Assembly (NCBI GenBank): GCA_028534125.1
Contig: CM052818.1
Coordinates: 48,176,001 to 48,240,000, forward strand
Source: Lama glama
Taxonomy: Eukaryota
Direction: 5' to 3'
DNA: 64,000 bases
Of this stretch, positions 12,763 through 26,579 are shown piece after piece. Within the stretch, counting starts at the first letter, position 1, and every line of letters begins with the position of its first letter. The notes under the pieces were generated by a model. It was given only the letters and a program-made list of their open reading frames with translations, did no database searches and was not told the DNA's origin. The position numbers were made by a program, and so were the translations under genes.

Positions 12763-13478
12763 TAATCTCTTCTTCATCCTCAATTCTCTAGATCCTCAGA
12801 GCATGGCCAGGTTAGGCACACCTCAGCAGGCAATGCACACAGCCTGAAGGTTGGTTGTCAACTTCCTTCTTTTTCAGGATAGACATATTTTACTGTAAAC
12901 CTGTACGTGTCATGATTGCTCCAGTCTGTGAGAAGCTGACAGTCATGGCAAGTGAGCTCTCCTGCCACTCGAACGTCTCCTCCCCCCAGTCTCACGTTGC
13001 ACTGAAGGAGAGCAAGTGGAGGAAGTTATAGACAGTGACCTTCCTATTCACATTGTAGATACTAGTGTTTTCCCGCCAAAGCTAGCACAAGTGTAACCTC
13101 TATCAGGAAGTTCCGCCTTGCATGTCCCGTGGGATTTAGACCCTCATCAGGTAGGATGCCACGTCTCTGACGAACTTAACCAACCCCTAGAGGAGTCACT
13201 GGTGTCCTTGTCTGTTTCTCCCAGTCTGGAAGCATCTGTGAGAGCTTTCCTATTGCCTGGAAAATCCTGGCACATTGGAAACATTCAACAAAATGCTTGT
13301 TGAAATGAATGTCAAATTAAGGATCGCCTGGAGTTTTATTGGAATAGTCACAATAAAGGCCAAACTTAATAAGATAATTCTAAAGATATTTTTGGAATAT
13401 TTTCCACTTTCCCAGATTTTTAGTGTTGTGTTACTGTGGAACTTGCTTCCCCATAATGCTAAACAATCCACGCATACT

Positions 13479-13684
13479 GGGATGTGCAGATATACACTAC
13501 TGTACATAAAATAGATAAACAACAAGCTCTGCTATGTAGCACAGGGAACTATATTCAATATCCTGTAACAGTCTATAGTGAAAATGAATACGAAAAGGAA
13601 TATATACGTGTTTAACTGAATCGCTGTGCTGTACACCAGAAACTAACATGACATTGTAAGCTGACTATACGCTAGTTAAAAAAT
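13479..13684 (+). mobile_element. Short L1 3' end
   Basis: gggatgtgcagatatacactactg...tagcacagggaactatattcaa...tgtacaccagaaactaac...actatacgctagttaaaaaa; degenerate TSD aatccacgcatact / aatacatgcatatt. Confidence 0.85.
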
Positions 13685-14574
13685 ACATGCATATTCATTT
13701 GACTTCAAGTGCTGGGGTATTTAGCTTTCCATTGGCAGAAGCTACAAGATTAGGGTTGAGAAATGAGTTTGGCAAATGGAGTCCTGGAGCCGTCGACGTC
13801 GGAGAGTCAGCCCAGGTGGTGTTGTGCCCTTGGACGTAAAGGTTCGGTTGCTGGCACTCAGGCTGACTCCATCCGTGATGGCGGTTAGGGAGAGAGTCTG
13901 TGATGAGCGCTTACTTTGTCCAAGCTCTTGAACTTGATAAATGTGGGTAAGAAGGCGGCTGATCAAAGAGTGTTGAACAATAGACATTGTTATTTAAAAT
14001 TGTAATTATTTGACACATTGTGGTAAGACTTGGCCACTGCTTAAATGAAAAAAAAAACCCACATAGCAATCAAGTAATCACAATCAAAAGGTTTGTATAG
14101 CAGATTTATTTAAATTCCTGATTTTCTTAAAACTCTACTGGAATTGGATATAAAGAAGAGTCAGAGCATTTAATATTGATGTTGAGTTAATAGAGAGTTA
14201 AAATTCATTTTTTCTTCAGTTGCACTATCTGCCTAAAATGCCCTTTACAAGATCATTTTTGTACATGAAATTTTGCACCTCATTACTCCTAATTACATCC
14301 TTTAAAAGGCATCCTTTGAAAATGCCGAGTGAACAATGTGGGATAAAAAATACTTATCTTTCTTCTGTTCTTGTTAATTGTTGAGTCTTATTCTTACCTG
14401 TGACTTCAGCATTTATCTCTTTCTATCCCAAGTAAAATGCTTTTTCATCCCCTAAACTCAGAGACTTTTCTTTTGAGGAACAGGGAGAGAAACTTACCAT
14501 TTTAATGAATCCAGAAGCAGCAGCTTCCTTTCCATCCCTCGCCACTGTCTTCCTATCTTGCTAACATCGTGTAA

Positions 14575-14740
14575 CACAGTCTGCTTAGCTCTTAATGATG
14601 CAGTACTGGCTTTGGCTGCAAGACTATAAACTTTGCGAGGACAGGAGCAATATCTTACTGATTTCTTGAATCCTTATCATAGCTGAATTGGTGCCGTGAG
14701 AAAAAGATGCATCAGACACTTTTTTGTTGAATAGAATGAC
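14575..14740 (+). mobile_element. L2 3' fragment
   Basis: agactataaactttgcgaggacaggagc...ttttgttgaatagaatga. Confidence 0.55.
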
Positions 14741-15340
14741 CATAGTTTTGCTGTCTTAAAAGGCATCTCACATTATCATGAATATTTCTAAACATTAGAA
14801 ATTCTCTCTCTATTGTGGGATTGTTTCTGCTTTTATCTTCCACCAGGTCCCTCACTGCGTGAACCTACTTGCAGTGTGTCCAGCCATCCTCCCATGTCTG
14901 TCTAACAGATTCTTGAAGATATCATATTTCACATCTGAATATTTTTCGATACCCTTATCCTCACCACCAGTTTGTTCCTATCTTGATTTAGAATTGAACA
15001 GTCCCAGTTGCTCTTTTGGGGGCTGCCCTTGTGTACTGCTGTTAAATACGTATGAATAAGTGGAGATCAAAGTCAGATGTAGCCTCCTGAGATGCTGAGC
15101 TGGAATCAGTAGACCCATCATTGCTCGTGCTCTAGTACAGGTTTTCTGCTAACTGCTAGTAATGGTATCCACACGTATGTGGCTACTTTTAAAATCACAT
15201 ATTCATGTTAAATAAAATTTATTTTCCTTTTACTAGAAATTCAAGCTTTTCTTGACTTAAGTCATCACGATTTGATTCTTGTAATTTTTGAAGGAGGACC
15301 TAAATGTGCGATTTTGTATCTCTCCCTAATACAGGTGAAC

Positions 15341-15359
15341 AGAGAGAGAGAGAGAGAGA
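15341..15359. repeat. (GA)n microsatellite
   Basis: agagagagagagagagaga seen directly. Confidence 0.9.
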
Positions 15360-17417
15360 GCTAATAATTCTTTTTGGGGGACACTTATTTTGCATCAAGT
15401 ACTTCACATACATTATCTATTCCCACAATCACCTCTGTTCTTATTATGAAATGAGGAGATAAGGGTCCTGAGGGTTAGGAAGATAAAACCAGCAGTTTGC
15501 CTCTGAATCCTGGACCACAACAATTTTTCCCCATCACCACTCTGCTTGATAAGATGTTTTTTGAGTCAACATATGTGTTTGCCTTTTCTCTGCTGTTGCA
15601 TAAACGTCGAGATACCAGGAAGACGGCTGGTTGAATGAGGTACCTTTGGGAATGCTCACAGAACTACGGGGCCATGTGCTGAGGGAGGGGCTCCTCGTCT
15701 CATCTCCAGTGAAGTTAGAGGGTCCTCTGGCGACACTCTCTTTCCTTCCTGAATCTATTGCAGCAATTGGAATATTTTTAAGAAGAGAAGTCTAAGCTGA
15801 GATCTACCTCTCGGTGGGAGCAGCTGTGGAAAGATGGGGCTCTGGATCTTCTCTCAAAGCAGAGCATCTGGCAGGTGCCTTCTCTGTTCGAAGGCAGGAG
15901 AGTCCTGTGCTAATGTCCCGGGATGTTCCTTCCTGGCTGGAAAGTGTCCTGTACAGGCCGTCTTGACAAGAGGGTTCATTTATGTATCTCCACAGTTTTG
16001 GAGAAGTTTTGAGGGTTTTCCCATTTCTTGGTAATTTGCAGAGTATTCAATAAAACCCATTGGAAAATATACCTATAGAAAGGGTTGGATTACCTCTATT
16101 GAGAAGCTGATTGGAAAAAAGAAAAGGAGGATTTACTATTAACATGATGTTGGATAAGAATAAAGGGCATAGCTTAATGGTCAGACTGTGTGGGTGGGAC
16201 GACCAGCTTCCCTCTACTCTGTCGGTGTTTTGCTCCCAAGATACTGAGATGTCTCAGACACCCTGTCAAAGATCCCAAGAGCTCCAGAGCTAAGTTGTAA
16301 ATGTCCCCGTGCCTCCTGTCTTTCAGATCCCTCATAGAGAACTGCACCTGCCTTGTTACGTTGGTTCTGACATGACCTCATCTTTTCTCAGTAATAACAC
16401 TAAACAGAGTCCCTTTGAGTCACAGCTTCTCTATGAAACATGGAGGTCACACAAGCACACCGCCCACAACTGGCTCCTTTACCGCTCTATTCATGGCCGA
16501 AGTTCTGTTCTCTGAGTGTGTGTGCATCTGGTAATGAAAAAGAAAGGTCAGGGAAGGAATGACCACTGGGCCATGATATATAATGTATGCAAAGCTCTGA
16601 AGAAAGTCCTGAGGGTTAGGCTGGAGGAACCTATATAGTGATCCTAACCTGTATGTTAATCTGTCCTGTAGGAGGGAACCAGGCTGCCTCCAGAGCAACA
16701 TGGCGAGAAGTCACCAAGTCGTGGTTATGAACTCACACGACTCCTCCGGAACACGTGGTGAGGATATTTGAAGCGTTCTCAAACACCTGGAGGTGTTCAA
16801 TTCCTCATTTCTTGCGCGTGTGATTTATTAACAGTTCTGCTAATGCAGATAGAATGCAACCCCAAATTATAGCAGCGGGCGGGGCTAAATGCAGCACGGA
16901 GTGTGCTATTCAGGGTACAGGCTGTCTGCAACCCAGTTGATCATTTTTGAATCATCAGCTCCATCTTTATGTTAAATTAACAATTTAACAGCTGCTTTCA
17001 TCAAAGTTCTTTTGTGTCTATCAACTTGATACTGTCAGTTTTTTTTCTTAAATGCAATTTCCAAGATCATTTCTGTATCTTTTTAGTCTCAGATTACTGA
17101 TTTGCATGGTTGCTCAATTTATATACAAATGTTCAGGCATTTATATATCATCTAGGGAGCAGGAAACCCCCTCCATGGCTCTAGAGAATAATTTAATCCA
17201 TCTTACCACTCACTTACTTCAATTTCTGCTTAATTAAGGACAGGTGATGAATAAATGCAGTAAAACATGACCGAGCAGAGGTACATTGGTTCCCAAATAA
17301 GAAATATTCTGAAGCAAAAGAATGACTAAAGTTTCTATTTTCACAAAATTCTAGTAAGTGGGGACACTGGAAAATGAGGCAGACTTGTCATAGAAGGCAG
17401 GGCTTTTCCCACCCTTA

Positions 17418-17795
17418 ATGCTGGTCTGTCCAGGTGGCTATACCACCAACCGGGCGGCTGACACAGGAGACGTTGATTTCTCACAGTCCTGGAGGCTGGG
17501 TGGCCCGAGGACGCAGTACCAGCTGATTCGGTTCCTGAGGAGGGCTCTCCATCTGGCTTGCAGACGGCCACCTTCGGGTATGTCCTCGCACGGCCCTTCC
17601 TTGCTGTTTGCACACATGCTCGCGCACTCTGGCATCCCTTCTTCTAAGAACAGCAACCCCAGCAGCAGGGTCCCAACCTCAGCATCTCTCCTGCACCTAG
17701 TTATTTCTCTAAGTCTCCATCTGCAAGCACCATCACCCTGGGCTGAGGACTTCACATATGAGTTTTGGACAAAGGGCACCATTCCGACCACGGCA
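17418..17795 (-). mobile_element. MaLR solo LTR (MLT1A/B-like)
   Basis: ttgatttctcacagtcctggaggctggg...ttcctgaggagggctctc...ggcttgcagacggccacctt...catatgagttttgg...cattccgaccacggca is an antisense MLT1 LTR. Confidence 0.8.
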
Positions 17796-19479
17796 CCTTC
17801 CACAGCTCACAAAATATTTTAACTTTAGATGTAATTTATTTTACAATTGTCATCATATGCCTGAGCTCTGAGACGTAGTGATACAGCCTCAAGGCGCTGA
17901 ATCCAAAAGAAAGCATTACCATGACAATGCGCCTAGATTTTCAGGGAAAATCTGTGGAATGCTTTGACAGAAGTCACTGGAATCTGATAGAAGCTGCTCC
18001 GTCGGCCTCAGAACCCAGGTTCTCCTGATCTGAGTGGCCTTCTTGAGGACTCAGTATAATTCTCTACTGCAAGTTGAGTTGAGAAGGAAGAGAACCTATT
18101 GTTCGCCTCTGTGATGAGTGTCACTCTAGCCCCTTTCAGCAGTCCCCAAAACAGGGGCTGCTCAAGTCTGACCGTTGCTGGAAGCTGTGGGACCAGATCC
18201 TGCAGGAAGCGCTGGGGAGGGTGGAAGGGAAGGAGAATTCCCGGCAGAGTCCATGAGGGGTAACTGGAGTCAAGGGGCAGAGAGCAGGGCAGCAAATGCT
18301 GACGTCAAGTCTGGAGGATCAGGGCTGACTTGGGTGGGGCGACAGAATCACAGATCTGAGTAAGTGGGGCAACGTCGCAGTGAGAACTGGTCCAAGACAC
18401 CAACAGCGCTTAGACAGCTGCGGCTTGACTTAGCACTGCTGGGCTCCAGACGGAGAGAAACGTGTGCATCTGGACTAAAGGGGCAGAGGCAGAGTGGACT
18501 CTACAGCCCCCAGAGGGGTAAGGCAGCACGCGTCCTGGCCGCCGCGACACGGTGGCTCCGGAAGCCTCTGCTGCTGAGGTTCAGCATACGACCCGAGCTG
18601 GCTTCATCTCCGCCTCCCGCAGCGTTGAAAGCTCGTCCTCCTCTCCTTCCTCTGGTTCCCCACACAGTACATGCTGGTGAACGATAAAGATTCGAGGTGT
18701 GCTCTGCCTTCTTGCACAGTCACGTACACCGTGAACCTCACTAAAAGAGGGGGCTTCTTATTTTACTCTCAAGCTCTCGTATCAAGGATCTAATGAGTCT
18801 AGGTCCTTTCTGTAGAAGAGGTTTTGATTTGATGAGGGAAGTAAGCTAATCTGACTTAGCTCCAGGCTCCTAAGGGAGGGGCACTGAACGGAAAGGGGTG
18901 CACAGGTGGTCCCCAAAATTAAAAACAAATGATGCAAAGACAGCGGAAGCTGATGAAAGATCTTTCTGATTGTCCAGGTTTTGACAAGTTTCAAATGACA
19001 TTTTATTAGCAATCCAGCCTCCGACTCTTGTTTTGGGAGATTTTGTTTGGTGATGATAACGAGCTTTGCCAAAATTTTGGCATCAACCTACTATCACAAG
19101 TACTCCTATCAAAATAATTAGAATAAAGAAGAATTGAGGGCACATGAAATTAACAAGCAATGTGGAGAAAAGGCAATTTCTGAGCAGTGCTGCAGATTCT
19201 ATGCAGATCTCCAGGGTTGGATGAACCAGGCACCCTGGCCTGACAGTGACCAATGTAGGGTGTTTCTCTTCCAATAGGTTGGTGGGTACCAGTGTGCTCC
19301 CCCTCTGAGATAGCTGCCAAATTGTGACGAGGAAAGACGGATCACTGCTATTGAGTTTCAGAAACAAGCCTGCTTGGAAGTCCTGGTGGTTAAGAGGGGT
19401 CAGTTGATTCCAAGAGTCTGAGATAAGCCATTTCTCTAATTTGTCCACCTTTTAGGAGCCAAAGGTCACCAGCTACCGA

Positions 19480-19775
19480 ACAGCCACATCGGAACCATTG
19501 GGTTTCCATCCCAGACCCACTGAATAAGCATCACCAGGACGGACCTGGGAATGTGTATTTTACCAGGATAACCAGGAGGGTCTAGTGCACTCCCAGGTTT
19601 AGAGAAAACCATTCTAGAACCTTCCTTGAAAATTTCAGAGCTATGATTCTCTAACTTTGCTTCATATCAGAATTATCTGAGGTGTTTTTAAAGAGCCTGA
19701 TCCCCAGCCTACACTCTGTACCAATTAAATGTGAATTTAAGAGGTTGGGATCAAGGAGTCACTGTCTTTACCTCC
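19480..19775. mobile_element. Two adjacent MER5-like hAT-Charlie fragments
   Basis: catcccagacccactgaat...gacctgggaatgtgtatttta...tttagagaaaaccattctag, then atgattctctaactttg...catatcagaattatctgagg...tgtaccaattaaat. Confidence 0.6.
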
Positions 19776-22700
19776 TAGCAGGTGTTTCCAACGTGCAGCA
19801 AGCGTGAGAACCACCTTTCACTTGGAGTGAAATGCGCAAGGGAAGGGTCCTTCCTGGCTGCACTTCGAGGAGCTGGGGTAAGGAGGGTGACATCACAGCT
19901 CTGCCTGGCAGGGACGTCCCTGGGGATGGCTTTGCAACAGCAAGTCTTGTTCATGCCAATCAAACTGGCAAAAGACCACCTTGCACCAAATGGAAATTAT
20001 TAATCTGTGAAGAATATTGGCGAAGCAGCAGGGAATGCTTTGAAGTGTGGCAGACTCAGGGTCTCAAGATCTGGGTCTGTTTGTCGCCGGAAATAGTCCT
20101 CAGCAAGTCATTGGATTACTCTGACCTGCAGGTTTCTCACCTGTGAGGCGGACGTGGCAGTCCTCGCCGCGTGCTTACTCGCGTGTCCTATCAAAGGAGC
20201 TGACGTCTTCAGATGTGCAGAGTGCTTTGGACTGGAATCGAGAGAGCTGTTTGGAATCCCCTGCTTAAATCTGGAGTCAAGTCTTCACTGATTAACATTT
20301 ATGATTTTTCTTACTTGCTTCTGTTATTAAACACTTTCACAGCCCTGTGTAAGGCTGGTGCTGCTAAATGTGCTGCTCTTTTGTCTTAGAATGATTTTGC
20401 ATCGCGTGTTCATGCCTGGCCCACAGATGCTGCGGTGTGGATGCTTAGCCACTGCTGCCGGGTAGGATGGAAGATGAGGAGGACCTTTGTTGCCTGTGTT
20501 TCTGATAAAGTCCAGACCCATCTGGAAGCCATTTGGAGTTCATGGGCAAATCAAATAGGTCATAAAATACTAAGAACTCAAGAGAAGAAGAAGAAAATGA
20601 CCAAGGTTGAATTAGAAGTGAAGGTCTCGGCTCTTATCTTAATAGTGCCCCCCCGCTTGTCACGGCCGCCACCTGTGAGGTGAGTCTCTGCGGCAAAGGG
20701 AGGGGACTGCACGTGGGGGACGGCGGCCCTGAAACTCCGCCGGGGGAGAAGACATCTGTGTGACTCGTCAAACCTTGGAAACGAACGTACCTGTGTGATC
20801 GCTGGTGTGAATCCGCAGGTGTCCCCGTCCACTCAGGTTCCGTGAGGCACGTTACCCTTCACGGTCTTCTCTTCGGTGCAGAGCTCGGAAGGCTTTGAGG
20901 GTCTTGAAAGGTGGGTCCTGGTGTTAGTGAGTATAAAAGTGCTTAATCCTGGGACCTCGCCCATGGAAGGCATTCTGTCTGCATTTGTGAAATACGAGTC
21001 ACTTGCATGAATAGCACGTTTGTGTCAAGCTTTGAGCACGCACACTCTCGGCAGAAAAGCATGGCTTTCAAAACAAGCAAGGATGAAAAGCTTGCTTGAT
21101 CAATAGAGGATTAGAGCCACTGGAGTCAGATCATTTCCCAAGGACGCCCACCAAGTGCACCGCTGCACGGGAAGGTGGACGCTCGGCCGTCCTCTGGGAG
21201 CCCGCTTTCCCTGGTGCGTGTTCTCAGTCTCTGAGATGCTTATAAATACAAGGGTGACCGTCTGTAGGGGCTGAGACTAAATTTTAATTTTTTTTGATTG
21301 ACAAAAGAGTTGAAATTCTAGGACTCGAAGAGACTAGAGACCCATCAAAGGGCTCTTCCCCCGACCACGGGTCCTTTGCTTGAAACCACATGGAGCCACG
21401 TTAAGCTCTTCTCACATGGATTTCAGCTTTCAGATTGTGTGAGTGCAGCCCCCACCTTCAGAGAGTAGGATGAATTCTCTGGAAATCTAGACAATCTGTG
21501 TGCTCCACGTCCTTCACTGGGGAGGGATGGTGGACCCAGGACTTCTTCCAGCCCTGGACGGTTTTCATGAAGAGGAGGGAGGTACGTCTAACCCATTTTC
21601 AGTTGCTCCGAGGGCTGAAGCGATAGGCGGTGATGAAGTCCTGTTGGACTAGGGGAACTCCAGTTTGATGTCCCCATTTGTCACCTACCACGAGTTGCTC
21701 CGTTTCATTACAGTGGACATTCATCCGCAAGCTGACCCAGGTAAGGCAGGCGGTTCTCACAGAAGCTCGGCAAGTGGCAGGCTGTCTGCTTCCTGCAGTC
21801 TGTGACGTTGCCTGCCAGTAAACGCGCCCCTGGTCTCAGTGCTGGTCGCGGTAGTTCAGCCGATGAATCATCGCTCGTCATCACCTTGAACGGCAGGAAT
21901 TACCCTAAGCGTGTACAGGGAGGTCAGGGGACGCTGAGCCTACAGAGAACAATGTGGCCATGAGTCTCCCGCAAGGGTCTTAAGAAAATACCAGGTTGCG
22001 CTCAACTGCGGCTTCCTGGGTTCCATCACCCGAGTCCTCCTTCCTGAGGCTCAGTCGCCTGAGCCCTCCAGCCGTCTCAGGGCGGGAGGAGACGGGGGCT
22101 CTCAGCCCCCGCGGCCAGAGGGCTGGAGGTTAGGCTGTCTTCACAGCCATCCCGGTGCCTCCTTGAGGAGGGTGAGCCCCGGGCGCCCTGCCGACCCTCG
22201 GTCTTACTGCCTTCGTCCCCAAGCTTGGCCTCAGGCTTTCTTTGTTTCTGACCTTCTGCCTGGGGCCACTCAATCTAGCTTTCTTTTTCTTTCTGAGTTC
22301 CTATGTCTAGATTCTATTTTTCTGTGAATGGATTTATGGACCATGCCTACACGAGCTTGAAGGAGCTCGCCTCCTCCGTGCGCACCCTGGGTCCTAGCCC
22401 ATCAGCTGGGATGGAGCCAACTGGACCTGCAGACATGTCGACTTTCTCCCCACCTGTGGTGACCGTGGTGACTGTGGTCCCGCAGCCATCCTCGGCTCCC
22501 CGCCCCTGTTGGGTCCCCCTCAGCTGAGGATGGTCCTTCCCGGGGCGACCTGCAGCTGGTGGTTGAACCCGGTCACGTGTAAGGGCCAGGCCCGTCAGCA
22601 TGATGGGAGCTGCTGTCCAGAGCTCCCTGTGGGGCTGCAGAGCGGCGGCCCGCCCCCCGCCCAGCCCGGCTGTGACTCCCCCCGGCCGGGGCCTGCCCTG

Positions 22701-22844
22701 GCCTCTTCTTTTCACGGCCCTGGTCCCTGATGACTACCGTGTCCTCCAGACTGTGGGCTGGCCTCCGAGAGCCCCGCCTGGGATTGTGTTTCTAATTTTT
22801 TGTTGAATTGTACACTCTATTTTTTATAATGTTAATTTTTCCTA

Positions 22845-23080
22845 TTTGACATTTTTAACACCTTCATTGTGGTCTGGTTCCTGTCCAGTAAACTGCACAT
22901 ATTTCAGATGTGCAACTTGATGAACTGGGGCAGATGTAGACGCCCATGAAGCCACCGCCACAGTCAAGGTGGCCAACATTTCCATAGTGCCCCAAGAGGT
23001 GCGATTTTTGAGTTGCCAGTTTATCCCTTCCCACCTCCTTTACTCCTTGACGGTGTCTCTAATATTGATTCTTTGTCCGA
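22845..23080 (-). mobile_element. Old L1 (L1MB/MC-like) 3' end fragment
   Basis: tttttaacaccttcattg...taaactgcacatatttcagatgtgcaacttgatgaa...cccatgaagccaccgccacagtcaag...aacatttccat. Confidence 0.65.
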
Positions 23081-25239
23081 GTCAGGCCTGCCTGTTCCTA
23101 TGAGGGCATTAGAAACAGGACTGCAGCTGCGTCTCAAGGACATATCAGGTCCTGAGGCAAGGCACCGGGCAGAGCTGCAGTGTCCAAATCTATCTGAGCT
23201 GAAGGCGTGAGGCCACGTCCCCCCCATGCCCTCCCACCCAGATGACTCAGACGGCCTCCAGGTAGCCCCAAGGGCCTTGCCCAGGCTTAGGTCGCTCTTA
23301 CCTTCTGTGATAACATGCACCTGCCTTTTGATAAAACTACCAAAAAGAGAGGTTCACCTTTTATGAACAAAGAAAATTCCACCTTTTCCTTGTTGCTAAA
23401 ACATTACTTTTTGAACAAACTTTATCAGCATTTGACTGGAGTCCTGGATCAAACACTTACCACTTGAGTAGCATTTCTGTCTCAGGTCCTTTATCTGTAA
23501 AATTAACTAATGCTCCCGACTTGCCTCTTTGCAGGGCTGATGTGATCAACAACATTTAAAAAAGAATGAAGAAATGAGGACACAAACATTTTAAAAATGG
23601 AGTCGTAACCGGAAGGAAGTATGATGACCAGAGTTTTACTTTATAATGATTTGGTAGCTGCGGGTTGGAAATTGTTTGGAACCGCCCTCGGTTTCATTTC
23701 TACTTCCATTTGTGGCCGGTGTCTGACGTTTACAAGATGCTATGACAGGGTGCAGCTTTCGCTGGGGGACAGAGCTGTGTTCCAGCCCCAGCTTAAGTGG
23801 CTCATATGGTGAGTGATCTCCTGACCTTGGACTCATTAACTTCATCCTCTGGCGAAAGGGACACACCAGCTATAAGGCCCTCTTTGTTAGCACATTTTCC
23901 TCTGTATTTCTGGGGGTCAGAGACACTGGTGCCCAGCCTGAGTGTGTAATCAGAAGTCTAATCTCTTTGCTAGACCGTTCCGGGGATCCACAAAATTCAC
24001 TCAAATCAAGCGACGGCGTGATGGAAAAATGTAGAAAGCTTTGTAATACTTCTTGGATGATAAGAGCAGGTAATAAAATAAGAACCATGATACTTTTGAA
24101 ATCTCAAAGCAGCAGAACTGTGATTCCACATCTAATCCCGGAACAAAATCAGGGGATCACGCCAATCCCTGGGGCCCGACTGACCTCCACTGCAAATAAT
24201 AACTCTCCTGCAAATCTTCATCAAGGTCAGATTTTACAAACTTTCTTAGTTTCATCTGGCGACAGAATCCTACCTCTGTTTTTGCTGAGCCATCATGCAG
24301 TGTGAGGGAAACAAGGAGGTGACGCGGAGAGAGGTTTTGTGTTGTGTTTTGTTTTTATAAAAACAGAAGATTCTTTTTAACAAACAAGCAGGAAGCACCT
24401 ACCCTGTCGGCACTCCCCAGGGGCACAAACACGAAATCAAAATCGTTCATGCATTTTCTTCCAGACTGCATCCGGCCTCGCTGTCCCGGGGGGCAGGGTG
24501 TGTGCTGGGAGCTGAGAGGGTAACCCGATCTCCCTGCACATCTGGGCACTGGCTTCCCTCCTACAACCCGGGCAGAGAGGGACTTCAGAAAGGCTTCGGT
24601 CGGAAGAGCCAGGGAAAGAAAGATTCCTTTGGTTGCGGGTGGATTTTTATTCTGAATGGACTTGTCTGTGTTTGCTCTAGTCTTTTGTTACTTTATTCAT
24701 TTCGAGTTTCTATTTTCCAATCTGGGTGGACGGATACTGTCTGTAGAATACGATCAAACTAAAACATACTGAGAATTAGGACGTAAATACAGGGCAAAGC
24801 ACAAGCTCCATGTTCATCCTCACCGTCACTGTTGTTAGATTTAAGAGACAGATTCACCTGTCCGTTCTGTTTCCTTACTTTCTACGTTGAGAAGCCCGCA
24901 TCCGCAGACGTGGGCCCCGCTCCGGGCGGTGATGCTGCTGGCCTGAACCACAGCGTAAGATTTCCACCATTAACCGTTACCCCTTCCACCCGAAACTTTA
25001 GTCTGTAAGGAGTTTGCTCAGCAGAGGAGGAGGGGAGGCAGGAAAGGGCAGAGGGACCCTTCAGCCTGAGTGAGGCTCAAATGTCATGTACTTGCCCTGG
25101 GAGTGGAGGCTCCAGAGCAGATGCTAAAGGTCTGAGAGAAACACAAGGGGACACACTGTGAAAGCTCCAAATGTCAGGGTGACGTTCTCTTTGCTCTGAA
25201 TTTGGAAGCATTGATGGGTTTAAACTTTGTTTTCCTGAC

Positions 25240-25860
25240 TCTGAGTTGATTATGTACTATTATTATTAATGTGGAAAAACCCAGACAAGGGTAAAGGAAA
25301 CCCTTGGTAAGAACTCCGTCAAGAGACATAAAATACTTGGAGAATTTCCCTTCAGGTCTTTTATGCCATGAGGTTTTTCAATACTTAATGTCACACATAA
25401 TACATATTATTTTTCAGCTTCTTCACTTAAAGCTGTAAAATGGTCAAATCTCTGTATTATTACTTTGTCTTTACGTTTTTGATAAGTAAATACAGTTGCA
25501 TTCATGTATGAATCAGAAGGAACCATTACATCTTTTTTGTGACATTTAGATGATTTCCAATTTATTTGCCAATACAAATAGCAATGGAATCGAAGTTTTT
25601 TATGCTCATAGATTTTTATATAGTTCGTGTGTTTGCTGGTTATTTGTATCTCTCCTGTTGTTAATTACCTATTCAAGTAGCTGTGTTTTCATTTACCTGC
25701 TAGAAAGCAAGTACTTCCCATGTCGATGTGTGCAAATTCCTTTTCTGTACGCCATTGGTTGGTCATATTATTTTCTATGTTTTCTTTCAATGACCATGGT
25801 TCTTAAATGTTAGTGTCCACATTTAAATTTACTGTTACTATGTTGTTCTTTCTCACCTCT
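25240..25860 (-). mobile_element. Ancient L1 (L1ME-like) fragment
   Basis: AT-rich; gacatttagatgatttccaattt...ccaatacaaatagcaatg is typical of antisense L1ME. Confidence 0.5.
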
Positions 25861-26579
25861 ATGCTGGGGTAGCTGCTCTGCCTCATGGAAAGAGTATCAA
25901 TAAGAGAAAGAACGAGGCTCCGAGCCCTGGTCTGACTCCCCTGACTGGCGGGGACAGTTTATCTAACCTCACTGAGACACGTGACCTCATCCTCTCTCCT
26001 CTGGAGTACTTCTTTGGACCAGGACCCTCCTCTCTGGGCTTCCTTTGGCTTTCTTGTTGGTCTGCCAGCCTCAACCCCCGATTTCTACTTTGTGGTCCAA
26101 GATGACGGACAGCTCAGCATTCCCCAGCATGTCCATACTGCAGTGGACGGGCTGGTAAGTGCTAAGTCGAAGGCAAGTTCTTGAAGTCATGTGTGATTCT
26201 TCAGCACATGCCCTGCTGATCATACATTAGTCATGAAGCCACATTTGATTGTGAAAGGAATCTGTTATTGAGGGCACTAGGAGACAACTGGGAGGGTCCA
26301 CCACAGTCCACCCCTCCAGCCGCCCAATGCCTAAGCTCACTCTTCTTCCATGTGGGATCTGCTTATAAGACCATCTTTCCCTTAAAGGACACCCAGCTAC
26401 TCCATTACTTCATCTAGATTGAATTCCAGGGTCTCCGGGTGATGGACAGTTCTGTCCACCAGGTTTGAATGTGGCTTTGAACAGTTCGGCCAGCTATGAA
26501 CTAAACTGTAAGTTATCTACCATTTACACCCCAAATTCCATGACATATAAAGGGAGAGCCACAACATAAAATACCATTT

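Noticed and set aside
18300..18307. Perfect CRE palindrome TGACGTCA
   Set aside because: A single 8-mer in probable old-repeat context with no supporting cluster; compatible with chance.
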